From positions 10,418,001 through 10,482,000 of the forward strand of contig NC_086101.1 in assembly GCF_963921235.1 (NCBI RefSeq): DNA of 64,000 bases, written 5' to 3'. Origin of the DNA: Mobula hypostoma. Its lineage: Eukaryota. The stretch's first letter is position 1. Each line of letters starts with the position of its first letter. Below, in pieces: positions 33,701 through 47,000 of the stretch. The position numbers were made by a program, and so were the translations under genes. The notes beneath the pieces are model-generated. The model did not search any database, was not told the DNA's origin, and was given only the letters and a program-made list of their open reading frames with translations.

Positions 33701-36700
33701 CCACACACTCCCTCACCTCACTCACATACCCTCACCTCTCTCACTTCCCCTCACCACCTCACTCTCCCTCTCCTCCCTCATTCCCCTCACCTCCCTCGCT
33801 CCCCCTCACTTCACTCATATCCCCGTCAATTCCCCCACTCCAACTCACTTCCCCACTCTCCCCTCACTTAACCTCACCTCCCTCGCTCCCCCTCACCTCC
33901 CTCACTGCACCCTCACCTCCCTCACTCGCCCATCACCTCCAACACTCGCCCATCACCTCCAACACTCTCCCTCACCTCCCATACTCTCCCTCCCCTCCCA
34001 CACTCTCCCTCACCTCCCACACTCTCCCTCACCTCCCACACTCTCCCTCACCTCCCACACTCCCCTTCATCTCCCCTCAATTCTCACCTCCCACATTCCC
34101 CCATCAGTTCACACACTCCCCCTCACCTCCATTATCTCCCTCATCACCCTCACCTCCCACACTCCCCCTCACCTCCCACACTCCCCCCCTCACTTCCCAA
34201 CACCTCTCTCACCTCCCCTCACCTTTCACTTCTCACCTCCCTCACTTCCCCTCACCTCCCTGCTCCTCCCTCTCTCCTTCCTCCCTCCCCCTCTCATCCC
34301 ATTCCCCCTCACCTCCCACACTCCCCATCACCTCACTCACATCTCCGTCAATTCCCCCACTCCACCTCACCTCCCCACTCTCCGCTCACTTAACCTCACC
34401 TTCCTCGCTCCCCCTCACCTCCCTCACTGCCCATCACCTCCAACACTCTCCCTCACCTCCCACATTCCCCCTCACCTCCCACACTCCCCCCTCACTTCCC
34501 AACACCTCTTTCACCTCCCCTCACCTCTTTCACTTCTCACCTCCCTCACTTCCCTGCTCCTCCCTCTCTCCTCCCTCCCTCCCCCTCTCCTCCCATTCCC
34601 CCTCACCTCCCACACTCCCCATCACCTCTCTCACATCCCCGTCAATTCCCCCACTCCACCTCACCTCCCCACTCTCCTCTCACTTAACCTCACCTCCCCA
34701 CTCTCCTCTCACTTAACCTCACCTCCCTCGCTCCCCCTCACCTCCCTCACTGCCCACTCACCTCCCTCACTCCACATCACCTCCAATACTCTCCCTCACC
34801 TCACACACTCTCCCTCACATCACACACTCCCCCTCATCTCCCCTCAATTCCCCTCACCTCCCTCTCAACCTCACCTCCCACTCCCCCTCACCTCCCACAC
34901 TCCCTTCTCACGTCCCACACTCACTCCTCACCTCCCACACTCACTCCTCACCTCCAGCACTCGCCCTCAGCTCCCACACTCCCCCTCACCTGCAACACTT
35001 CCCCCTCACCTCCAGCACTCCCCACTCACCTACAATACTCCCACTCACCTCCAACACTCCCCCTCGCCTCCCTCACTTCCACTCACCTCTCTCACTTCCC
35101 CTCACCTCTTTCACTTCCCCTCAGCTCCCTCTCCTCCCTCATCCCCCCTCATCTCCCACACTCCCCCTCACCTCACTCATATCCCCGTCAATTCCCTCAC
35201 TCCACCTCACCTCCCCCCTCTCCCCTCACTTAACCTCACCTCCCTCACTGCCCCCTCACCTCCCTCACTTGCCCATCACCTGCAACACTCTCCCTCACCT
35301 CCCACACTCCCCTTCATCTCCCCTCAATTCTCCTCACATCCCACTCACCCTCACCTCCCACACTCCATCAGTTCACACACTCCCCCTCACCTCCATTACC
35401 TCCCTCACTCACCCTCACCTCCCACACTCCCCCTCACCTCCCACACTCCCCCCTCACTTCACAACACCACTCTCACCTCCCCTCACCTCTTTCCTTCTCA
35501 CCTCCCTCACTTCCCCTCACCTCCCTCACTTCCCTGCTCCTCCCTCTCTCCTTCCTCCCTCCCCCTCTCATCCCATTCCCCCTCACCTCCCACACTCCCC
35601 ATTTCCTCTCTCACATCCCCGTCAATCCCCCCACTCCACCTCACCTCCCCACTCTCCGCTCACTTAACCTCACCTTCCTCGGTCCCCCTCACCTCCCTCA
35701 CTTGCCCATCACCTGCAACACTCTCCCTCACCTCCCACACTCCCCTTCATCTCCCCTCAATTCTCCTCACATCCCACTCACCCTCACCTCCCACACTCCA
35801 TCAGTTCACACACTCCCCCTCACCTCCATTACCTCCCTCACTCACCCTCACCTCCCACACTCCCCCTCACCTCCCACACTCCCCCCTCACTTCACAACAC
35901 CACTCTCACCTCCCCTCACCTCTTTCACTTCTCACCTCCCTCACTTCCCCTCACCTCCCTCACTTCCCTGCTCCTCCCTCTCTCCTTCCTCCCTCCCCCT
36001 CTCATCCCATTCCCCCTCACCTCCCACACTCCCCATTTCCTCTCTCAAATCCCCGTCAATCCCCCCACTCCACCTCACCTCCCCACTCTCCCCTCACTTA
36101 ACCTCATCTCCCTCGCTCCCCCTCACCTCCCTCGCCTCCCTCACTGCCCCCTCACCTCCCTCACTCCGCATCTCCAATAGTCTCCCTCACCTCCCCTCTC
36201 CCTCACATCACACACTCCCCCTCATCTCCCCTCAATTCCCCTCACCTCCCTCTCAACCTCACGTCCCGCACCCACTCACCCACACTCCCCCTCATCTCCA
36301 GCACTCCCCCTCACCTCCCACACTCACTCACCTCCCACACTCCCCCTCACCTCCAGCACTCCCCCCTCATCTCCAGCACTCCCCCTCACCTCCAGCACTC
36401 CCCCCTCACCTCCAGCACTCGCCCTCAGCTTCCACACTCCCCCTCACCTGCAACACTTCCCCCTCACCTCCAGCACTCGCCACTCACCTCCAACACTTCC
36501 CCACTCAGCTCCAACACTCCCCCTCGCCTCTCTCACTTCCCCTCACCTCCCACACTCCCCCTCACCTCACTCACATCCCCGTCAATTCCCCCACTCCACC
36601 TCACCTCCCCACTCTCCCCTCACTTAACCTCACCTCCCTCGCTCCCCCCTCACCTCCAATACTCTCCCACACTCTCCCTCACATCCCACACTCCCCTTCA

Positions 36701-39570
36701 TCTCCCCTCAATTCCCCTCACCTCCCACTCACCCTCACCTCCCACACTCTCCCATCAGTTCACACGCACCCCCTCACCTCCAACACTCCCCCTCAACTCC
36801 ATCACTCCCCCTCACCTCCAACACTGCCCTTCACCTCCCATACTCCCCCTTACCTCCCTTACTCACCCTCACCTCCCACACTCCCCCTCACCTCCCACAC
36901 TCCCCCTCACCTCCCACACTCCCCCTCACCTCCCACACTCCCCCTCACCTCCCACACTGCCCCTCACTTCCCAACACCTCTCTCACCTCCCCTCACCTCT
37001 TTCACGTCTCCTCACCTCCATCACTTCCCCTCACCTCCCTCAGTTCCCTGATCCTCCCTCACTCCCTCTCTCCTCCCATTCCCCCTCACCTCCCACACTC
37101 CCCCTCACCTCACTCACATCGCCGTCAATTCCCCCACTCTACCTCACCTCCCCACTCTCCCCTCACTTAACTTCACCTCCCTCACTCCCCATCACATCCA
37201 ATACTCTCCCTCACATCACACTGCCCCTCACCTACACTCCCCCTCACCTCCAGCACTCCCCCTCACCTCCCACACTCCCTCCTCACCTCCCACTCTCCCT
37301 CTCACCTCCCACTCTCCCTCTCACCTCCCACACTCGCCCTCAGCTCCAACACTCCCCCTCACCTCCAGCACTCCCCACTCACCTCCAACACTCCCCCTCG
37401 CGTCTCTCACTTCCCCTTACCTCTCTCTCTTCCCCTCACCTCTTTCACTTGCCTCACCTCCCTCACTCTCCCTCTCCTCCCTCATTCCCCTCACCTCCCA
37501 CACTCCCCCTCACTTCACTCACATCTCCGTCAATTCCCCCACTCCAACTCACTTCCCCACTCTCCCCTCTCTTAACCTCACCTCCCTCGCTCCCCCTCAC
37601 CTCCCACACTCCCCCTCACCTCCAGCACTCCCCCCTCATCTCCAGCACTCCCCCTCACCTCCAGCACTCCCCCCTCACCTCCAGCACTCGCCCTCAGCTC
37701 CCACACTCCCCCTCACCTGCAACACTTCCCCCTCACCTCCAGCACTCGCCACTCACCTCCAACACTTCCCCCTCACCTCCAGCATTCCCCACTCAGCTCC
37801 AACACTCCCCCTCGCCTCTCTCACTTCCCCTCACCTCCCACACTCCCCCTCACCTCACTCACATCGCCGTCAATTCCCCCACTCTACCTCACCTCCCCAC
37901 TCTCCCCTCACTTAACCTCACCTCCCTCGCTCCCCCCTCACCTCCAATACTCTCCCACACTATCCCTCACATCCCACACTCCCCTCAATTCCCCTCACCT
38001 CCCACTCACCCTCACCTCCCACACTCTCCCATCAGTTCACACGCACCCCCTCACCTCCAACACTCCCCCTCAACTCCATCACTCCCCCTCACCTCCAACA
38101 CTGCCCTTCACCTCCCATACCCCCCCTTACCTCCCTTACTCACCCTCACCTCCCACACTCTCCCTCACATCACACTGCCCCTCACCTACACTCCCCCTCA
38201 CCTCCCACACTCCCTCCTCACCTCCCACACTCCCCCTCACCTCCCACACTCCCCCTCACCTCCCACACTGCCCCTCACTTCCCAACACCTCTCTCACCTC
38301 CCCTCACCTCTTTCACGTCTCCTCACCTCCATCACTTCCCCTCACCTCCCTCAGTTCCCTGATCCTCCCTCACTCCCTCTCTCCTCCCATTCCCCCTCTC
38401 CTCCCATTCCCCCTCTCCTCCCATTCCCCCTCACCTCCCACACTCCCCCTCACCTCACTCACATCGCCGTCAATTCCCCCACTCTACCTCACCTCCCCAC
38501 TCTCCCCTCACTTAACCTCACCTCCCTCACTCCCCATCACATCCAATACTCTCCCTCACCTCCCACACTCTCCCTCACATCACACTGCCCCTCACCTACA
38601 CTCTCCCTCACCTCCAGCACTCCCCCTCACCCACACTCCCTCCTCAACCTCCCACTCTCCCTCTCACCTCCCACTCTCCCTCTCACCTCCCACTCTCCCT
38701 CTCACCTCCCACACTCGCCCTCAGCTCCAACACTCCCCCTCACCTCCAGCACTCCCCACTCACCTCCAACACTCCCCCTCGCATCTCTCACTTCCCCTCA
38801 CCTCTCTCTCTTCCCCTCACCTCTTTCACTTGCCTCACCTCCCTCACTCTCCCTCTCCTCCCTCATTCCCCTCACCTCCCACACACCCCCTCACTTCACT
38901 CACATCTCCGTCAATTCCCCCACTCCAACTCACTTCCCCACTCTCCCCTCTCTTAACCTCACCTCCCTCGCTCCCCCTCACCTCCCTCACTGCCTCCTCA
39001 CCTCCCTCACTCGCTCATCACCTCCAACACTCGCCCATCACCTCCAACACTCTCCCACTCTCCCTCACCTCCCACACTCTCCCTCACCTCCCACACTCTC
39101 CCTCATCTCCCACACTCTCCCTCACCTCCCACACTCCCCTTCATCTCCCCTCAATTCTCCTCACCTCCCACACTCCCCCATCAGTTCACACACTCCCCCT
39201 CACCTCCATTATCTCCCTCATCACCCTCACCTAGCACACTCCCCCTCACCTCCCACACTCCCCCCTCACTTCCCAACACCTCTCACCTCCACTGACCTTT
39301 CACTTCTCACCTCCCTCACTTCCCCTCACCTCCCTGTTCCTCCCTCTCTCCTTCCTCCCTCCCCCTCTCATCCCATTCCCCCTCACCCACACTCCCCATC
39401 ACCTCACTCACATCCCCGTCAATTCCCCCACTCAACCTCACCTCCCTCACTGCCCCCTCACCTCCAACACTCCCCCTCACCAACACTCCCCTCTCACTTC
39501 CCTCACTCCTCCTCACCTCCCTCACTCCTCCTCACCTCCCTCACTCCCCCTCACCTTCCGCACTCCCTCT
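30711..39570. repeat. Satellite domains B/C: ~19-mer (CTCCCCCTCACCTCCCMCA)n with higher-order structure
   Basis: Unit ctccccctcacctccccca (to ~32090), then ctccccctcacctcccaca. The landmark ccgtcaat(t)ccc recurs about 16 times between 32371 and 39416. Confidence 0.93.
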
Positions 39571-41050
39571 CACCTCTCCCAGTTTCCTTCACCAACCCTT
39601 TTTGCTTTATTCCCTTCCCACTCCCCCTTCCCCTTTCCCTCTCACCCTGCCCCTCCCCTCCTCAACCTCACCTCCCCAGTGTTTCCCTCACCTCAGCCCT
39701 CTCCCACCTATCCCTTCTTCTTTACCCCTTCCCACTCCTCTCTTCCGTTAACCCTTCACCCCCAACTCCTCCCATTTCCCCAATCCCTCACCTCCTTTAA
39801 CCCACTTCACCCTTCACCTCTCTAACCCCCTCACCTCTCTCCTCATCACCACTCTCTCCCATGCCCCATTCTCACCCTCTCATACCCCTTCTTTCCCCAG
39901 TCTTCCCCTCTCTCCCTCTCTCTCCACCTTTCTCCCTTTCCATCCACTCTCTCCCTCCTCTCTACCTTTCATTCCCTCCCCTCCCGTTCTCTCTCCCACC
40001 TTGCACCCCAACTAGATCACTCAAATCCCCTATTTCCCCACACTCTCTCTCTCCCAGACTACCCCCACCCCTCGTCCTCTCTCCCCACCACTCCCTCCCT
40101 CCCGCACACCCTCTCCCCCACCTTCTTCCTCTCTCCCACCCCTCCCCCTCCCACACTACCCCTTCTCACTCCCTTCCCCCTTTCCCACTTGCATTCCCCC
40201 TCGCCCTCACCCTTGACCCACTCCCTCTCCCCCTCTCCACCCTCCCTCTGCCCCCGCACTCTTCCCCATCCCCCACCTCCCCCGCTCCTCCCCCACACTC
40301 CTTCTCCTCTCGATCACACCCCGTCTCACTTCACTCGTGCTTCCTCTAACCCTCAAACCGCCTCTCTCTTTACACCCCTTTATCTCTGACCACTCTTTCT
40401 AACCGCTCACTTTAACCCCTCTCTCACCCCTCACTCGATGCCCTTACCAGTCACCCCTTATCTCCCTCCTAACACTCCTGCCCACTCTTTAATCCCTCGT
40501 TTGCACCCGTTCTACCTCTCTCTCTACCTCGGCTCTCTAACTCCTCCTTTCTCTAACTCCTCACTCTTTTGTCCCCTGCTCTAACTCTCCCATTTCTAAC
40601 TACCCCCTCTCTAATTCCCACCATCTCTCTATCCCACCCAACTCCCTCCCTAACGCCCCCTAATTCCCCCTCTAACTCCTCCTCTCTAAACACCCCTCTA
40701 ATCGCTCTCTCTAACCACCCTCTCTAACTCCTCCCTGCTCTCTAACCCCCTCTATCTAACTCCACCTCTCTTTAACTCCCCCCTCTCTTAACTCTCTCTC
40801 CAGCCTCCGTTTCCCCCTTACCCCCTCGCCCAACCCCTCCCCATCAGACCCTGCTCTGATCACCCTCACTCCAAACCCCGTCCCTCTAGCTCCCACTCCA
40901 ATTCTCCCCTCTCTAACTCCCTCCCTCTAAACCCCTCTCTCCACCCTCTGTCTAACACTCCCCCTCCAGCCCTCCCCTCTACTGCCTTCTCCCCCTCATC
41001 CCATCCCCATCACTCCTCCTCTAAACCCCTTCTCTCCAGCCCTCCCTCTC
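39571..41050. repeat. Degenerate C/T-rich transition zone grading into (CTCTCTAAC)-type units
   Basis: Periodicity is lost but the G-depleted pyrimidine bias persists; ctctaac motifs increase from ~40350. Confidence 0.8.
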
Positions 41051-44000
41051 TCTAACCCCACCTCACTCTCCAACACCCCTCTCGATAAAACCCCTCTCTA
41101 ACCTCCCCTCTAACCCCCTCCAAACACCCTCTCTCCAAACTTCTCTCCACAAACCTCTCTCTCCAACCCCCCCTCTAACCCCCCCCTCTCCAACCCCCCC
41201 TCCAACACCCCCTCCAACCCCCACTCTCGAACCCCCCTCTCTCCATCCACCTCTCCACCCCCCACTCTCCAACCCCCCTCTCCAATCAACTCTCTCCAAA
41301 CCCCACTATCCAAACCCCCCTCTCCAAACCCCCCCCTTCAATCCCCATTCCAACCCCACTCCAACCCCCACTCTCCAAAACCCCATTCAATCCCCCCTCC
41401 AACCCCCACTCTCCAACACCCCCTCTCCAAACAACTCTCTCCAAACCCCTCTCTCCAACCACCTCTCTCCAAACCCCCCTCTCCAAACCCCCCTCTCCAA
41501 ACCCCCCTCTCCAACCCCCCTCTCCAAACCCCCCTCTCCAACCCCCCTCTCCAAACACCCTCTCCAACTCCCCTCTCCAATCCCCCCTCCAACCCCTACT
41601 CTCCAAAACCCCATTCAATCCCCCCCTCCAACACCCCCTCCAACACCCACTCTCCAAACCCCCCCTCTCCAAATCCCTCTCTCCAAACCCCTCTCCAACC
41701 CCCCTCTCTCCAACCCCGCCTCTCCAACCCCCTTATCTCCAATCCCCTCTCTCCAATCCCCGCTCTCCAACCCCTCTCTCCAACCCCTCTCTCCAACCAC
41801 TCTGTCCAACCCCTCTCTCCACCCCCCACTCTCCAAACCCCTCTCTCCAACCCTCTCTCCAACTCCTCTCTCCAAACCCGTCTCCAACCCCCCCCTCCAA
41901 CCCCCCCAGCAAACCCCTCTCTCCAACCCCCTCTCCAAACCCCTCTATCCAACCCCCTCTCTCCAACCCCTCTCTCCAACCTCCTCTCTCCAACCCCCTC
42001 TCTCCAACCTCCTCTCTCCAACCCTCTCTCCAAGCCCCTCTCTCCAACCTCCTCTCTCCAAACCCCTCTATCCAACCCCTCTCTCCAACCCCTCTCCACC
42101 CCCTCTCCACCCCCTCTCTCCAACCACCTCTCTCCAAGCCCCTCTCTCCAACCTCCTCTCTCCAAACCCCTCTATCCAAGCCCCTCTCTCCAACCTCCTC
42201 TCTCCAACCCCCTCTCTCCAACCCCCTCTCTCGAACCCCTCTCCAACCCCCTCTCTCCAACATCCTCTCTCCACCCCCTCTCTCCAACCCCCTCTCTCCA
42301 AGCCCCTCTCTCCAACCCCTCCTCTCCAACCCCCTCTCTCCAACACACCCTCCTCTCCAATCCCCTCTCCAAACCCCTCTCTCCAACCCCTCTCTCCAAA
42401 CCCCTCTCCTAACCCCTCTCCAAACCCCTCACTCCAACAACCCCTCTCCAAACCCCATCTCTCCAACCCCTCTCTCCAAACCCCCCTCTCCAACACCTCT
42501 CTCCAACCCCTCTCTCCAACCCCTTCTTTCCAAAACCCTCTCTCCAACCCCCTATCTCGAACCCCACCTCTCTCAAACACCTCTCTCTCCATCCCCCTCT
42601 CCACCCCCCACTCTCCAAACCCTCTCTCCAAACCCCTGACTCCAACCCCACCTCTCCAGACCACTCTCTCCAAACCCTTCTCTCCAACCCTCTCCATCAC
42701 CCATTACAAACCCCTCTGCAAACCCGTCTCTCCAACCCCCACTCTCCAACCCCCCCTATCCAACCCCCACTCCAACCCCCCCTCTCCAACCCCCTCCTCT
42801 CCAACCCCTCTCTCTCCAATCCACGCTCTCCAACCCCCCCAACCCGCTCTCTCCAACCCCCTCTCTCCAACCCCCCTCTCCAACCCCCCTCTCCAACCCC
42901 CCTCTCCAACCCCCCTCTCCAACCCCCCTCTCCAACCCCCCTCTCCAACCCCCCTCTCCAACCCCCCTCTCCAACCCCTCTCTCCAACCCCTCTCTCCAA
43001 ACCCCCTCCAACCCCCTCTCCAAACCCCATCTCTCCAACCCCCTATCTCCAACCACCTCTCTCCAACCCCACCTCCTCTCCAAACCCCTCTCCAACACCT
43101 CTCTCCAACCCCTCTCTCCATCCCCCTCTCCACCCCCCAATCTCCAACCCCCTCTCTCCAAACTCCTCTCTCCAAACCCCTCTCTCCAACCCCCTCTCTC
43201 CAACCCCCTCTCTCCAAACCCCATCTCTCCAACCCCCTCTCTCCAACCCCCTCTCTCCAACCCCTTCTCTCCAAACCCCTCTCTCCAACTCCAACCCCCC
43301 CCTCCTCTCCAATCCCCTATCCAAACCCCTCTCTCCAACCCTATCTCCAAAAACCCCCTCTCCAAAACCTCTCTCCATCCCCTCTCTCCAACCCCTTCTT
43401 TCCAAAACCCTCTCTCCAACACCTATCTCTAACCCCCTATCTCAAACCCCACCTCTCTCCAACCCCTTCTCTCCAAACCCCTCTCCAAACCCCTCTCTCC
43501 AAGCCCTCTCTCCAAACCCCTCTCTCTCCATCCCCTCCTCTCCAACACCCCCTCTCCAAACCCCTCTCAAACCCCTCTCTCCAAACCCCTCTCCAACCAC
43601 TCTCTCCAATCCGCTCTTCAAACCCTTCTCTCCTACCCTTCTCTCCAACCCCCTCTCTCCAAACTCCTCTCTCCAAACCTCTCTCTCCAACCCTCTCTCC
43701 AAAAACCCCCTCTCCAACACCTCTCTCCATTCCCTCTCTCCAACCCCTTCTCTCCAACCCCTTCGCTCCAACCTCTTCTCTCCAAACCCCTCTCCAAACC
43801 CCTCTCTCCAACACCTCTCTCCAACCCCCTCTCCAAACCCCTCTCTCCAAACACCCCTCTCCAAACCCCTCTCTCCAAACCCCTCTCTCCAACCCCCTCT
43901 CCAAACCCCTCTCTCTCTATCCCCCTCTCTCTCCATCCCCCCTCTATACCCCACTCTCCAAACCCCTCTCTCCAACCTCCTCTCCAACTCCTCTCTCCAA

Positions 44001-47000
44001 TCCCCTCTAACCCCCACCTCTCCACACCCCTCTCCAACCCCCTCTCCAAAACCCTCTCTCCAAACCCCTCTCCAAACCCCTCTCCAATCCCCTCTCCCCT
44101 CTCTCTCTACCCCTTCTCTCCAACCCCCTCTCCAACCCTCTCTCCAACTCCTCTCTCCAAACCTCTGTCTCCAACCCCCCCTCCAACCCCCGTTCTCAAA
44201 CCACTCTCTCCAACCCCTCTCTCCAACCCCCTCTCTCCAACCCCCTCTCTCCAACCTCCTCTCTCCAACCCCCTCTCTCCAACCCCCTCTCTCCAACCCC
44301 TCTGTCCAACCCCTCTCTCCACCCCCCACTCTCCAAACCCCTCTCTCCAACTCTCTCTCCAACTCCTCTCTCCAAACCCCTCTCTCTCCATCCCCTCCAT
44401 CCCCCCCTCTCCAACCCCCCCTCTCCAACCCCCTCTCTCCAACCACCTCTCTCCAACCCCTTCTCTCGAACCCCACCTCCCTCGAACCCCCCTCTCTCCA
44501 ACCCCCCCTCTCCAAACCCCTCTCACACCCCTCTCTCCAAACCCCTCTCCAACCACTCTCTCCAATCCGCTCTTCAAACCCTTCTCTCCTACCCTTCTCT
44601 CCAACCCCCTCTCTCCAAACTCCTCTCTCCAAACCTCTCTCTCCAACCCTCTCTCCAAAAACCCTCTCTCCAACACCTCTCTCCATTCCCTCTCTCCAAC
44701 CCCTTCTCTCCAACCCCTTCTCTCCAACCTCTTCTCTCCAAACCCCTCTCCAAACCCCTCTCTCCAACACCTCTCCAAGCCCTCTCTCCAACCCCATCTC
44801 CAAACCCCTCTCTCCAAACTCCCCTCTCCAAACCCCTCTCCAAACCCCTCTCTCCAAACCCCTCTCTCCAACCCCCTCTCCAAACCCCTCTCTCTATCCC
44901 CCTCTCTCTATCCCCCTCTCTCTCCATCCCCCCTCTATACCCCACTCTCCAAACCCCTCTCTCCAACCTCCTCTCCAACTCCTCTCTCCAATCCCCTCTA
45001 ACCCCCACCTCTCCACACCCCTCTCCAACCCCCTCTCCAAAACCCTCTCTCCAAACCCCTCTCCAAACCCCTCTCCAATCCCCTCTCCCCTCTCTCTCTA
45101 CCCCTTCTCTCCAACCCCCTCTCCAACCCTCTCTCCAACTCCTCTCTCCAAACCTCTGTCTCCAACCCCCCCTCCAACCCCCGTTCTCCAAACCACTCTC
45201 TCCAACCCCTCTCTCCAACCCCCTCTCTCCAACCTCCTCTCTCCAACCCCCTCTCTCCAACCCCCTCTCTCCAACCCCTCTGTCCAACCCCTCTCTCCAC
45301 CCCCCACTCTCCAAACCCCTCTCTCCAACTCTCTCTCCAACTCCTCTCTCCAAACCCCTCTCTCTCCATCCCCTCCATCCCCCCCTCTCCAACCCCCCCT
45401 CTCCAACCCCCTCTCTCCAACCACCTCTCTCCAACCCCTTCTCTCGAACCCCACCTCCCTCGAACCCCCCTCTCTCCAACCCCCCCTCTCCAAACCCCTC
45501 TCAAACCCCTCTCTCCAAACCCCTCTCCAACCACTCTCTCCAATCCGCTCTTCAAACCCTTCTCTCCTACCCTTCTCTCCAACCCCCTCTCTCCAAACTC
45601 CTCTCTCCAAACCCCTCTCTCCAACCTCCTCTCCAACTCCTCTCTCCAATCCCCTCTAACCCCCACCTCTCCACACCCCTCTCCAACCCCCTCTCCAAAA
45701 CCCTCTCTCCAAACCCCTCTCCAAACCCCTCTCCAATCCCCTCTCCCCTCTCTCTCTACCCCTTCTCTCCAACCCCCTCTCCAACCCTCTCTCCAACTCC
45801 TCTCTCCAAACCTCTGTCTCCAACCCCCCCTCCAACCCCCGTTCTCCAAACCCCTCTCTCCAACCCCTCTCTCCAACCCCCTCTCTCCAACCCCCTCTCT
45901 CCAACCCCCTCTCTCCAACCCCCTCTCTCCAACCCCTCTGTCCAACCCCTCTCTCCACCCCCCACTCTCCAAACCCCTCTCTCCAACTCTCTCTCCAACT
46001 CCTCTCTCCAAACCCCTCTCTCCAACCCCCTCTCCAAACCCCTCTATCCAACCCCCTCTCTCCAACGCCTCTCTCCAACCCCCTCTCCAAACCCTTCTCT
46101 CCAAACCTCTCTCTCCAACCCCCTATCTCGAACACCACCTCTCTCGAACCCCGCTCTCTCGAATCCCCATCTCCACCCCCAACTCTCCAGACAACTCTCT
46201 CCAAACCCTTCTGTCCAAACCCCTCTCCAACCCCTCCCTCAAAACTCCTCTCTCCAACCCCCCCCAACCCCCCTCCAACCACCCCCTCCAAACCACTCTC
46301 TACAAACCCCCTCTCCAAACCCCTCTCTCCAACCCCGCCTCTCCAACCCCCCCTCCAACCCCCCCTCTCCAACCCCCCCTCTCCAACCTCCTCTCTCCAA
46401 CCCCTCTGTACAACCCCTCTCTCCACCCCCCACTCTCCAAACCCCTCTCTCCAACCCTCTCTCCAACTCCACTCTCCAAACCCGTCTCCAACCCCCCCTC
46501 TCCAAACCCCTCTTTCCAACCCCCTATCCAAACCCCTCTCTCTCCATCCCCCTCTCCACCCCCCACTCTCCAAACCACTCTCTCCAACCCTCTCTCCAAC
46601 CCTCTCTCCAACCCTCTCTCCAACCCCTCTCTCCAACCCCTCTCTCCAACCCCTCTCTCCAACCCCTCTCTCCAACCCCTCTCTCCAACCCCTCTCTCCA
46701 ACCCCTCTCTCCAACCCCCTCTCCAACCACCTCTCCAACACCCTCTCTCCAACCCCCTCTCTCTCCAACCCCCTCTCTCTCCAACCCCCTCTCCAACCCC
46801 CCTATCTCCAATCCCCTCTCTCCAAACCCCTCTCACCAACCCCGCATCTCCAACCCCCCCTCCAACCCCCCCTCTCCAACCCCCCCTCCAACCTCCTCTC
46901 TCCAACCCCTCTGTCCAACCCCTCTCTCCACCCCCCACTCTCCAAACCCCTCTCTTCAACCCTCTCTCCAACTCCTCTCTCCAAACCCGTCTCCAACCCC

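Noticed and set aside
29144..40389. Long Pro/His/Ser/Thr-rich plus-strand ORFs (up to 783 aa) resembling extensin or mucin
   Set aside because: They are by-products of a G-poor, stop-poor tandem repeat; they are open in several frames and have no splice or domain evidence.
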